DNA of 64,000 bases from a virus, in IMG/VR virus record IMGVR_UViG_3300035701_000002; one strand, written 5' to 3'. The first letter of the stretch is position 1; every line of letters starts with the position of its first letter. A model generated the notes under the pieces. That model made no database searches and had not been told where the DNA came from. It saw only the letters and a program-made list of their open reading frames with translations. Positions 1 through 9,163 of the stretch are shown here, in pieces. A program made the translations under genes and the position numbers.

Positions 1-1433
1 TCGCCCTCTTCACGCCCTTGTTCATGATGTCGGCCATCTTCCCGGGGCCGACGACGAAGACCATCTTCAGGCGCTGCTTGAAGTCCATCTGGTCGAAGCC
101 CTTGCCGAACGCCTGCATGAACCCCTTCACGGACCTCGGGTCCATTGTCTTGGAGAGGAGCTTCATCGTCCCGGTGAGCTCCTCTATCCGGTTGGTGAAG
201 AGGTCGAGGTTCGGGACGGCCTCGTGGAATATGTCCATGAACTTGTGAACGGGCATGCCGGCCTGGGTCGCCTGCTTCACAATGTTCCCCATCGTGGTCT
301 GCACGTTGTCCGCGCTGATTCCGATCTCGGTGACGAACCCGCCCATCATCTTCGCGACGTCCTCGGACGAAGCACCGATGACCTTCCCATAGAGCTGCGC
401 GTCCTTGGCGAACTTCACGAGCCCGACGTTCAAGTCGCCCTTCCCCATGTCGCGGAGCATCTTCTCGGTCTGGACTATCGAGCCGGAGGCCTCCTTGGCG
501 AAGGCGCCGACAGTCCTCAGGGAGCCCTCGGCGTCCATCCCGAAGCGGACGAGGGCGCCGCTGGACTGCATGGCCGCGGTCCGCATGTTGTTGAGGGCCT
601 TCGTGTACTCTCCGGCCCCGGCCCCCATGTCGCCAGCGAGCCCGATCCCTGAGGTCAGGGCCTTGTTCAGGGTGGCCGCGTTGCTGCTCAGGGACATGAA
701 GAGCTGCACGAGCTCGGCGAGGACCATGGCGGCGGTCCCGAGGGCCGCCACGGCGGAGCCCATCTGTCCGGCGGCCGCGTCGCCCTTCGGACCGCCTCCG
801 GCGGCCGCGTTCGCCGCCTTGGCGGCCAGGCCGCCGGCGCCCTTCCCGACGGCCCCGAGGGCCTTGGCGATGCCTGCCGACCCGCCCTGCGTAATCCCGG
901 ACACGACGCCCTTGAAGACGTCCGCGCCGCTGAACCCGGCGGCGGCCTTCCGGAGGGTGGCAGCGCCGTCCTGCTGGGCTTTGGAGGCCGCCTTGACGCT
1001 CTTGGCGTTGTCCTTCCAGACCTTGGACTGAGACTCGACCTGCTTGTACAGCTTTGAAAGGACGCCCTCGACCTTCTTGGACTCGATGGAGAGGCCGGCC
1101 TTCGCCCCGGGGTCGGAGGTCTCCCCCATCTTCTTGGCGACTTCTGCGGCCTCCTTCTTGGCCTCGTCGATGGCCTTTCCGAGGGAGCCGAGCTTCTTCC
1201 CGGCGTCCTGGGCGCCCCTGGATATGCTGCTCCCGAGCGCGGCCGCGGCCGCGCCGATCTTCATGAGCTCCTTGGCGTTGACCTGCTGGGTCTTGCCGAG
1301 CTTCGTCCAGTCGACGCTGGCCTTGGCCAGGCTCTTCTGGAGGGCCTTGAAGTCCCTCTCGGCCTCCTTGACGGACTTCGGATCGATCTTTACGACGATC
1401 GGGACTTCAAGCTTTACCTGTTCTTTAGCCATC
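1..1433 (-). CDS. tail tape-measure-like protein, N-terminal ~477 aa (partial; gene continues beyond window start)
   Basis: ATG at 1433 on the minus strand, preceded by GAAGGTGA. The frame stays open to the window edge, and the plus-strand ORFs at 18-1562 are fragmented shadows. The translation begins MAKEQVKLEVPIVVKIDPKSVKEAERDFKALQKSLAKAS and is Ala/Lys/Gly-rich and helical, with Gly-rich and hydrophobic segments as in phage tape measure proteins. The stop of the upstream ORF (1436) abuts this start. Confidence 0.4.
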
Positions 1434-1435
1434 CG

Positions 1436-2608
1436 TCACCTTCCCCCGTCCTTAGGTCCGCCGTCCAACGGCCCATCGGAGGTCTCTTCCTCGCCCGGGG
1501 AAACCACCCTCCGGTGCATCTCGAGCTGGTGCATCTTGGCGGCCTCCATCCTCGCGAGGTAAGCGTCGGCCTCGGCCCTCCCGCCGATGATCCTCGAACC
1601 GCCGCCCTGAGCGTCGTTCACCCTCGGACGGGAGAAATAAAGGCGCTTCTGGTCCTCTATGGCGGCGGCCCTGTCCCTGAGGCCCCTCTCACGTGCCTCG
1701 ACGACGGTGTCGTGGAAGTCCTTCTCTCCGGAGAGCGCCGCCGACAGCTGATCGGCGAGCTCCTCCACGGAGTCCGCCCGGAAGCGCTTGGCGACATCGG
1801 CCTGCCGGCCGTCGGGGAGCCTGACCGTCTCCGTCGGGTCGGGGGCGCCGGCGAGGCGGTTCAGGTATGCGTGGAGGGCCAGCATCTTGGCCTCCTCCCG
1901 GTCGACGCGCTCCTTCTCATGGCGCATCTTGTCCTTCTCGTCGACGGACCTGATGCTCTTTCCGGCAAAGCAGGAGCCGATGAACTTGGCGTGCGACCAG
2001 TCCTTCTCCATGGAGTCACGGAGGTCCTGTATGTTGTTCATCGCGGTCCAGACCTGCTGGCAGTAGTTCATGCCGAGGTCGTCCGTGCCGGGGATGCCGG
2101 TGCACGAGGACGCGTTGATAGGCTGGCCCTTCACCTGGAGCCACTTGTAGCGGGACCTGTTCTCGTACGAGTAGGGCTCGACGAGCGGGAAGAGCCTCGA
2201 CGCCCTCTCGTTCAGCGCGGACAGGTTCTCGACGACCTTGTTCTGGACCTGGACCGGGAGCCTCCCGACGAGCTTCATGAGGCGGACGATGTGGTTCGGC
2301 CTGTCGTGCAGCACGTTCTGGCCGTCGGCCATGAGCACGCTGTGTGCTATGAAGGAGCTCCGGAACGAGGCCCTGGACTCGGCAGACGTGGCCCCGTACG
2401 GCCTCATGAACTCTATCATCCTCACCTCGTTCGCGTTCAGGGTCTTGAACACGAAAGTCCTGCCCTGGACCACGGAGGAGCTGTGCAGGAAGCCGGTGAA
2501 GACGTACTTCTCGAGCTCAGACCAAACCCCGTCGTCTACCTTCTTGTAGACATCCGGGACCGTGATCTTTATCCTGCGCTTCCCTTCCTCAGGGACGGGT
2601 GCGCTCAT
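1436..2608 (-). CDS. hypothetical protein in the tail module (tail-assembly-chaperone position upstream of the TMP-like gene)
   Basis: 390-aa ORF with protein-like composition. ATG at 2606-2608 with GGTGA RBS; the upstream gene's TGA stop lies within the RBS. Confidence 0.6.
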   Translation of the reverse strand: MSAPVPEEGKRRIKITVPDVYKKVDDGVWSELEKYVFTGFLHSSSVVQGRTFVFKTLNANEVRMIEFMRPYGATSAESRASFRSSFIAHSVLMADGQNVLHDRPNHIVRLMKLVGRLPVQVQNKVVENLSALNERASRLFPLVEPYSYENRSRYKWLQVKGQPINASSCTGIPGTDDLGMNYCQQVWTAMNNIQDLRDSMEKDWSHAKFIGSCFAGKSIRSVDEKDKMRHEKERVDREEAKMLALHAYLNRLAGAPDPTETVRLPDGRQADVAKRFRADSVEELADQLSAALSGEKDFHDTVVEARERGLRDRAAAIEDQKRLYFSRPRVNDAQGGGSRIIGGRAEADAYLARMEAAKMHQLEMHRRVVSPGEEETSDGPLDGGPKDGGR

Positions 2609-2611
2609 TCG

Positions 2612-3580
2612 TCACCGAGGGGGAGGCTGAAAGCGAGGATTCCGGTTGGAGTGAGGCTTGTCGATTTCGGGAGGAGAGACTGCCGTCCGGCGTGACGGCT
2701 CCTCGATGACCTCGGACGGGACGGACGGCGTACCGACGTGCACGGGGCCGTGGACGCCAGGGTGGCGGCTGACGACCGGTACGGGTATGGGGCCGACGGC
2801 CTGCATCGGCGGGGGAGCGGGGGCTGCGTTCGGGTTCGGATGCTGGACGGGGGCTCCCGAGGGGGCGGCGTCCCTGAGCGCCGCATCCTCGGACTCCATG
2901 ATCTCCCTGGCCCTGCGCGGGACCGGATCCGGAGAGGGTGGGGCTCGGTCTGGCACCTGGCGGAACGGGTCGAAGTCGTCCCCCACGGGAGGGGCCGCCC
3001 GGACCGGCTCGTCGGGGACTTCCTCGTCGAGCTCCTCCCTCCGGGCGGGCTCATGGTCGGGATCCACGAGCTGGTTCATGCCGAGCTGCTCGCGTAGCTC
3101 TGTGACCTTCACCATGAGGTCGGCGAGCTCCTCGCGAGGATCCTTGGTGTTCTCGAACTTGACGTCCTTGAGGTTCTGCTTCTGGAATGACTCCATGAGG
3201 TCGGCGTAGACCGCGAACGCGTCGTCGACGAACTGGGCGCCCCATCCGGCCATCTTCCCGTACAGGTATCTGTCCAGGGACACCTTCACGGGCTTCCTTT
3301 CACGGTCCAGGGACGGAAAGACGGGCACGCCGTCCCTGTACGGGCGGAGGTCGGTCTCGTTGATGCCGACGACCGAGTGGGAGAGCGTGATGCGCTTCGT
3401 CTCCCCGATGACGTTCGACTTCGGATCCGCGCTCGTGATGGTCTCGACGACCTTCCCCTGTCCGACCATCGTGAGGGGGGCGATCCACAGCACAACGTCC
3501 CCGACCTTCCTCTTCCAGAGGACGTTGGTGCCGACGTTCGTGAGCGCCGACTCGAGATCGTTGAAGAAATCCGCTTCCAT
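2612..3580 (-). CDS. hypothetical protein with acidic Pro-rich C-terminal half
   Basis: 322-aa ORF with AAAGGCGA upstream of the ATG at 3580. In the same frame as 1436..2608, separated by TGA plus one codon. Confidence 0.55.
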   Translation of the reverse strand: MEADFFNDLESALTNVGTNVLWKRKVGDVVLWIAPLTMVGQGKVVETITSADPKSNVIGETKRITLSHSVVGINETDLRPYRDGVPVFPSLDRERKPVKVSLDRYLYGKMAGWGAQFVDDAFAVYADLMESFQKQNLKDVKFENTKDPREELADLMVKVTELREQLGMNQLVDPDHEPARREELDEEVPDEPVRAAPPVGDDFDPFRQVPDRAPPSPDPVPRRAREIMESEDAALRDAAPSGAPVQHPNPNAAPAPPPMQAVGPIPVPVVSRHPGVHGPVHVGTPSVPSEVIEEPSRRTAVSPPEIDKPHSNRNPRFQPPPR

Positions 3581-3688
3581 TCAGGGTCGCCTTTCGGATG
3601 GATGTCCGAACTGACCCTACCGGCGGACACGGATCGGCCCGGGCCGGGAGGTCCCGATCCGGGCCGAAGTTGGAGCCGGTCAGCCGGC

Positions 3689-4387
3689 TCAGGGAATCAG
3701 ACGTGCCGCCGCCGTGCCGCCGCTCGTGTAGAGGCGGGAGCCGAAGCCCTTGAGCGGGTTGTTGCCCGAGTCGAGGAGGTCGCCGTACGTGTCGGCCGAG
3801 ACGCCGTAGAGCGAAGTTCCGTCCGTGACGTCGGTGCAGGTCGCCGCGGCGTCCTCCACGACGATGGCCGAGTCGCTCGGGAACGAGACCGAGATGCTGT
3901 TGAGCCAGCAGGCCTCGAAGTACGTGATGAGGGCGAGGGTGCCGCCGTCCGTGTCGGGGGTCTTCATGAGGATCTGGCTGATGTCCTGGTTCACGACGAG
4001 CTCGGAGAACACGAGCTCCGAACGGATGTCGAAGGGCCACTTGTGCTGGCGGAGCGACCGGACGAGGCCGTCGACGCCGGCGCGGTAGCCGAGCTCCTGC
4101 ATGATTCCCGCGGTGTACAGGAGGGTCCTGTTCAGCGTGAGCGCCATGGGCTCGGTGACGCCAGGCACGAGCTCCTGAATCTTGTCCCCGAAGCCGACGC
4201 CGCGCACCGGGTCGACCGCCCTGGACTCGCTGAAGTCGAAGGTCGACAGGACGCCGACCTGCTTCTGCTTGGGGGTCGAGGACGTGTACGGCGTGCTGAA
4301 GACGCGGTTCTTCTGGGAGATCGCGACGCGGGTGTTCGGGGAACTGCCGCGCCTGTAGATGTAGGTGTCGCTATCTGCCCTGCTCAT
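3689..4387 (-). CDS. hypothetical protein (possible tail tube/tail-module protein)
   Basis: 232-aa ORF with Ser/Thr/Val-rich, beta-like composition, located upstream of the chaperone-like ORFs and the TMP-like gene. Confidence 0.45.
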   Translation of the reverse strand: MSRADSDTYIYRRGSSPNTRVAISQKNRVFSTPYTSSTPKQKQVGVLSTFDFSESRAVDPVRGVGFGDKIQELVPGVTEPMALTLNRTLLYTAGIMQELGYRAGVDGLVRSLRQHKWPFDIRSELVFSELVVNQDISQILMKTPDTDGGTLALITYFEACWLNSISVSFPSDSAIVVEDAAATCTDVTDGTSLYGVSADTYGDLLDSGNNPLKGFGSRLYTSGGTAAARLIP

Positions 4388-4429
4388 GCCAAAAAGGAGG
4401 CATTAAGCCTTTAGGAGTTTCCTACGTAC

Positions 4430-4729
4430 ATGAATATGTTCGATCCGGCGGCAGCGGCGCGGACGAAGGCGGCCAGAAGGAGGTTCCAGGCCAGGGAGCT
4501 CCTGCGCAAGCTGAAGACAGGGCCATGCGAGGACTGCGGGAACCCGGACCTCCAGTCCTGCCAGATGGACCTATGGAAGGACGAGGGGACAGAGTCGCCG
4601 TCCCGCATGCTCCTCCTCAGCCTGAAGAGGATAGCCGTCCGGGCGGCCGAGTGCACGCTCTTGTGCGCCAACTGCTCGAGGCTCAGGACGTGGAACCTGG
4701 ACAGGTTCCGAAGATCCGGTCCGACGTAG
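4430..4729 (+). CDS. small Cys-rich HNH-like/zinc-binding protein (possible degenerate HNH)
   Basis: 99-aa plus-strand ORF in a locally AT-richer patch. Motifs CEDCG ... LLCANCS resemble the zinc-binding ends of HNH nucleases. AGGAG lies 12 nt upstream. Confidence 0.3.
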   Translation: MNMFDPAAAARTKAARRRFQARELLRKLKTGPCEDCGNPDLQSCQMDLWKDEGTESPSRMLLLSLKRIAVRAAECTLLCANCSRLRTWNLDRFRRSGPT

Positions 4730-4765
4730 ACGAGCGGTACGATCAGACGATCGTACCGCTCGTGG

Positions 4766-5500
4766 TCACTCCTCCGGATCCCACTCCTCGGCCCGCTTCA
4801 GGAGGTTCCTGATGAGGGAGGACGCGGCGACCTGGACGGTCGAGACGGCCTTGCCGATCTCGTCCGCGACGACTCCGGCGTGATGCCCGGCGACCTTCTC
4901 GTGCTCGGCCTCGGCGAGCTCGGTCGAGAGCTTCTCGAGCTCGGCGGAGAGCTTCTCGAAGGCGGCCTTCGCCCTGGGCGCGGCCTTGCGGACCTTCTTG
5001 CCGTACTTCGAGATCTCCTTCTCGTAGCTCCTGTCGTCGCCCGGGCGGTCCATGATCTTCTTGACGATGGACGTCACGTCGCGCTTCCGGCCCTTAGCCT
5101 CGAAGAAGCGGGCGGCGACCTTCGAAGCGACCGTGTCCGCGCGGAGCTCCGGGCACGACGGATGGTGCACGCCGCCGGCGAACCGGACGGGTGACTGCTC
5201 CGGGCCGTGCCACGCGAACGTCGCGCAAGAGGCGCACTGGTGTTGTGGGACCGTGGACAGCCAGGACGCGGCGACGCGCGAGGCGACCGTCCCCAGGATG
5301 GGGACGGTCTCGCTCTTCTGCGCCCATTGGTCCTTGTCAGGAGTCTCGAACACAGTGCACCTATATCCCTGGATTGTGAGCTTGCCCGAGAGCGAGGCGC
5401 TCTCAAGGACGTCCGCGGGGATCTTCATGACCTCCCACTGGCCGTCCTCCCGAAGGTGGAAGCCCGGACCGGGCTGAAGCCTGGGCTCAAGCTCCGGCAC
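4766..5500 (-). CDS. hypothetical protein
   Basis: 244-aa ORF with a Lys-rich helical C-terminal half. Confidence 0.5.
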   Translation of the reverse strand: MPELEPRLQPGPGFHLREDGQWEVMKIPADVLESASLSGKLTIQGYRCTVFETPDKDQWAQKSETVPILGTVASRVAASWLSTVPQHQCASCATFAWHGPEQSPVRFAGGVHHPSCPELRADTVASKVAARFFEAKGRKRDVTSIVKKIMDRPGDDRSYEKEISKYGKKVRKAAPRAKAAFEKLSAELEKLSTELAEAEHEKVAGHHAGVVADEIGKAVSTVQVAASSLIRNLLKRAEEWDPEE

Positions 5501-5506
5501 GGCAGG

Positions 5507-5770
5507 TCAGCCGTGCTTCGAGAGCTTGCCGACCGCGGCCTTGAAAGCCGCCTCGTCGCCCGACTCGAGGGCCTCGTTCGCCTGATCGAGGAAGTCCTTG
5601 AGCATGCTCTTGCCGGCGTTCGACTTCGGGAGCGCGGTCTCCTCCATCGCGGCGAGGATCTTGCGGATGTCCCCCGCGACGAGCTCGGGGCTCGGGCTCT
5701 TGGAGGCGTCGATGGCGGCCGCGATCTTGCGGAGGTTCGTGGAGACGTCTGTCGGCTTCATGTTGGTCAC
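5507..5770 (-). CDS. hypothetical small helical protein
   Basis: 87-aa ORF whose ATGA overlaps the neighbour at 5767-5770. Confidence 0.5.
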   Translation of the reverse strand: MTNMKPTDVSTNLRKIAAAIDASKSPSPELVAGDIRKILAAMEETALPKSNAGKSMLKDFLDQANEALESGDEAAFKAAVGKLSKHG

Positions 5771-6276
5771 TTTCCTTCGCCGTGATGGCCCTTGTTGCGG
5801 CGCTCGAAGTAGAACGTCGCGTTCTTGCCCTGGTCGCCGTACAGGCCGTGGACGGCCTTCTCGATGGCCTCGAGGGGCTTCTCGAGGTCCTGGACGGTGT
5901 CGATCTCGGCGAAGACGCCGGCGACCTTCTCGATGATGCCCGCGATGCGAGGGCGGAGGTGCGCGTAGGCCGGGCGGCCCGACGCCTCATGGGCCCTGTG
6001 GAGGCCTGCAAGGATTGAGGCCATGCGGGCGTAGTTCCGGGCCGGGACCGCGGCCGCGGAATGGAGCTTCTTGATCTGATCCCCGATGGCCTCGAGGTCG
6101 GCCTTGGCCGAGCTCTCGCCGAAAGAGCCCTTGAAGCCGTCGGGCCTCTCGACCTCGCCGCCGCGGAGGAGGGCCGCCTCGTCGTTGAGGACCTGGACCG
6201 TGCGCGCCACGGCCGCATCCTGGGGGTCCATCTGTGCGAGGTGCTTGACGGCGGCGACGATCTTGCGTGTGTCCAT
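5767..6276 (-). CDS. hypothetical protein
   Basis: 169-aa ORF. Its N-terminus (RKIVAAVKHL) weakly resembles 5507..5770 (RKIAAAID). Confidence 0.5.
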   Translation of the reverse strand: MDTRKIVAAVKHLAQMDPQDAAVARTVQVLNDEAALLRGGEVERPDGFKGSFGESSAKADLEAIGDQIKKLHSAAAVPARNYARMASILAGLHRAHEASGRPAYAHLRPRIAGIIEKVAGVFAEIDTVQDLEKPLEAIEKAVHGLYGDQGKNATFYFERRNKGHHGEGK

Positions 6277-6381
6277 GTGAGGTCCTCTCGTTGATCTTGG
6301 TAAAGGAGGCCTATCGATCAGCCGCCGATGCGGATTTCCGCCTCGGCCTCGACGTAGTCATGAATGCAGTAAAGTTCTTTC

Positions 6382-6825
6382 ATGACCAAAATCTGTCCGA
6401 AGTGCGAAATTCGAAAGTCTCTCTCAGACTTCTTCAGAAACTCTTCCAAAAAAGACGGGCTGCAGGCAATATGTAAAAAGTGCGTCGGCCAGAACTCATC
6501 AAGCTACTACGACAAGAACAAAGACAGCCTAAAGTTGTCTATTGAAAAAAGTAGACTGAAGAGGGCGAAAGAGAACAAAGAGTACGTCCTGAAACACCTG
6601 AAGTCAAACCCGTGCGTCGACTGTGGAGAGAAAGACCCTTTGGTTCTCGACTTCGATCATGTGCGCGGGACTAAGAAGATGAACGTAGCAGCCATGATTC
6701 AGAGGGGAAACTCCGTTCAAGCCATCGAGGATGAGATAAAGAAGTGTGACGTCAGGTGTTCCAACTGTCACAGGCGCAAGACGGCCAAGCATCAGGGATG
6801 GTTCAAGGTAACATCGACCTTGTGA
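6382..6825 (+). CDS. HNH homing endonuclease (low-GC island)
   Basis: 147-aa plus-strand ORF with about 46% GC against about 67% background. N-terminal CPKC...CKKC zinc finger. HNH motif CVDCGEKDPLVLDFDHVRG...N...CDVRCSNCHRRK (DH, N, CxxCH). Confidence 0.8.
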   Translation: MTKICPKCEIRKSLSDFFRNSSKKDGLQAICKKCVGQNSSSYYDKNKDSLKLSIEKSRLKRAKENKEYVLKHLKSNPCVDCGEKDPLVLDFDHVRGTKKMNVAAMIQRGNSVQAIEDEIKKCDVRCSNCHRRKTAKHQGWFKVTSTL

Positions 6826-8297
6826 TGCTTGAGAGCCCTCTGACCCAATTGATAGTTCTTCATCACCTGGTCGGCCGACGCGTTCAGCTGGTCGGCCGTC
6901 AGGACGCAGACCCTGCCGTCGTCCGACACGCAGCCGTCGGCGGTCGCGCGGATGACGGCCGACTTGGCGAGCGCCTTCACGTAGGCCCCCGTAAGGCCCT
7001 CGGTCATGTTGATGAGGGTCTCCCAGGTCTCCTGGGACACGCTCGAGTCAACGACCGAGTGATACTGGATCAGGAACTTCTTGAGCATGTCCGACCGGTC
7101 CTGGGCGTCCGGGAACGGGATTTCGATCTTCACGTCAAAGCGTCCGGGCCTGTTGACGAGGGCCTCGTCCATGGAGGCGATGTCGTTCGTCGAGGCGAGG
7201 ACGACGACGCCGGCGTTCTCCTGGGCCCCGTCGAGGCACGCGAGGAACTCGTTCAGGACGTGAGGGTCGGATCCGAGCACGCCGCTCGAGCGGTCGCGGC
7301 CGAACAGGTCCATGTCCTCGATGAAGACGAGGCACGGGGCGAGGCCGCGGGCGGCCTCGAAGAGGGACGTGACGTCCCTGGAGCTCTCGATGGACTTGCC
7401 TGTGCACCAGACACGCGTGACCCGGCCGTCGACCTCGTGCGAGATGGCGCGGAAGATCGTCGTCTTCGCCATCCCGGGCGGCGAAATGAGGATGACGTTC
7501 TGGTTCGGGCACATCCCGAGGCCGGCGAGCGCGTCCATGTTCTCGAGGACGCCGACCGTGTTCTGGTGGATCGACTCCTTGATCGGGTCCTTCAGGACGA
7601 CCGAGGACCACGAGGTGGACGTCACGGCGGCGAAGTCGAGCTTGCCGCGGACGAAGTTCAGGCACTGCTTGAAGTAGATGTCGTTGGCGGCGATCGAGGC
7701 CTGAAGGTCGCTGAAGAAGGCCTCCGCCGCGGCCTGCTGGCCCGGGGCGACCATCGCGGACACCGCGCAGGCCATGGACTCATAGCACAGGTCGATCGAA
7801 ACGAACAGCCTCGACCCCGTCCCGCGGTGCTGGACGAAGAAGTTGCCGAATACGGGGAGGGTCTTCTGGACGCCCGGGGCGATCGAGAGCTGCTCGGACT
7901 GGACCCTGTAGGAGTAGTTGCCCTTGAGCATCTCCTTGAACTCGTAGGAGTCGAGGAACGGGACGAGCTCGTACTGGGCGAGGGGTCCGGCGAACATGTT
8001 GGCGATGGCCCACGCGTTCAGGTCGCGGAACACGGCCGGATACTGGCGGTTCAGCGTGACGCAAGTGTGGAGCTCGCACCCGAGCCACAGCTCCCGGACG
8101 TGGGCGTGGGGATCGGCCGGGACGCGGCGCTCAGGCACGCGACGAGAGTTCCTCTCGTCGATCTTCGCGAAGTACGAGTCGACCAGGTAGTTGACGACGC
8201 CCCCCATGGCGGCGTTGACCCCGTACTCGGATTCCTTCAGCCTCCCGAGGTAGGCCGCCGTCCTGTGCATAAGTCCGCCCATGCCGGGACCATACAA
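6792..8297 (-). CDS. AAA+ family ATPase (classical AAA clade) with atypical Walker motifs
   Basis: Walker A ISPPGMAKTTI (cf. GPPGTGKT). Walker-B region CLVFIEDMD has E and D swapped. The second region of homology is VVVLASTNDIASMDEALVNRPGRFDVKIEIPFPDAQDRSDML. The listed start is TTG; an ATG lies at 8282. Confidence 0.75.
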   Translation of the reverse strand: MYGPGMGGLMHRTAAYLGRLKESEYGVNAAMGGVVNYLVDSYFAKIDERNSRRVPERRVPADPHAHVRELWLGCELHTCVTLNRQYPAVFRDLNAWAIANMFAGPLAQYELVPFLDSYEFKEMLKGNYSYRVQSEQLSIAPGVQKTLPVFGNFFVQHRGTGSRLFVSIDLCYESMACAVSAMVAPGQQAAAEAFFSDLQASIAANDIYFKQCLNFVRGKLDFAAVTSTSWSSVVLKDPIKESIHQNTVGVLENMDALAGLGMCPNQNVILISPPGMAKTTIFRAISHEVDGRVTRVWCTGKSIESSRDVTSLFEAARGLAPCLVFIEDMDLFGRDRSSGVLGSDPHVLNEFLACLDGAQENAGVVVLASTNDIASMDEALVNRPGRFDVKIEIPFPDAQDRSDMLKKFLIQYHSVVDSSVSQETWETLINMTEGLTGAYVKALAKSAVIRATADGCVSDDGRVCVLTADQLNASADQVMKNYQLGQRALKHHKVDVTLNHP

Positions 8298-8318
8298 AAG
8301 GAGGCTAGGACGGGGGTG

Positions 8319-8570
8319 TCAGGGGGCGGGGCGAACCCATATCTCGAACGGCCCGTACTCGATCTCCACCATGAGCTTCTCGTTCGGGGGCACCGGGCCA
8401 GAGTTGCACACGGAGCTGAAGCAGCCCAACGGTTCCCCGGACTTGACGCCCTCGACGAGGTCCTCCACGACCTTCCGGTACACGTCTGCGCTCACGGACA
8501 TCTCGGTGGTCTCGCCGTCATCGTACGACTTCAGGAGAGCGCGGAGGTACTCGACGCTGACGGTGCCCAT
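8319..8570 (-). CDS. hypothetical small protein
   Basis: 83-aa ORF between the AAA ATPase and the next gene, with a 1-nt start/stop overlap at 8570. Confidence 0.45.
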   Translation of the reverse strand: MGTVSVEYLRALLKSYDDGETTEMSVSADVYRKVVEDLVEGVKSGEPLGCFSSVCNSGPVPPNEKLMVEIEYGPFEIWVRPAP

Positions 8571-9163
8571 CAGTCGTCCTCGTCCTTGCGGGCGGGGAGC
8601 TCCTTCAGGCGTGTCATGAGGTCCGGCTGGGTGAGCTTCTTCATGACCGCGTCCATGCCGGTCACCATGGCCTTGAGGCCCTGATCGCGCATCCGGCCCG
8701 GATCAATCTTGGACCGCGTGTCCTCGAGGCGCCGGATTCCGTTGTGAATGCGGCGCTTGTTCTGAAGAAAGTCGGTCCCGGCGACGTCGTCGTCGTCGAC
8801 GGTGGCCCGGATGCCGAGCTCCTGGTCGCGGGGGGCCGCGACGGACCTCCGGCCATAGCGGTCCCAGAGGGACCGTTTGATCGCCCCGATCTTCTTCCGG
8901 ATCATGACGACCTCGGGCGAGTCCGGGCCGGGAACCCTCGGCCTGATGATCGCATGCTTCGCGATCCAGGTGTACGGGACAAAGCGCATCGGCATGTGCT
9001 GTGCCGCCCAGTCCAAGAACTGGGCGGCACGATCCACCTCGTTGAGGGAATGATCGGGGACGAAGTCGCTGAACGAGGCGGACGCCGGTCGCGAACGCCC
9101 CCTGACGGGCTCGGTGTTGCGCGGTTTGCTAGCGGCCTTCATGATTTCTGTCTCCGTTCTCAT
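8570..9163 (-). CDS. hypothetical protein
   Basis: 197-aa ORF with protein-like composition. Confidence 0.5.
   Translation of the reverse strand: MRTETEIMKAASKPRNTEPVRGRSRPASASFSDFVPDHSLNEVDRAAQFLDWAAQHMPMRFVPYTWIAKHAIIRPRVPGPDSPEVVMIRKKIGAIKRSLWDRYGRRSVAAPRDQELGIRATVDDDDVAGTDFLQNKRRIHNGIRRLEDTRSKIDPGRMRDQGLKAMVTGMDAVMKKLTQPDLMTRLKELPARKDEDD

Noticed and set aside
1436-3580. Canonical -1 programmed frameshift between tail assembly chaperone ORFs upstream of the TMP
   Set aside because: The two candidate ORFs are in the same frame and do not overlap. No slippery heptamer with an overlapping -1 frame ORF was found by eye.
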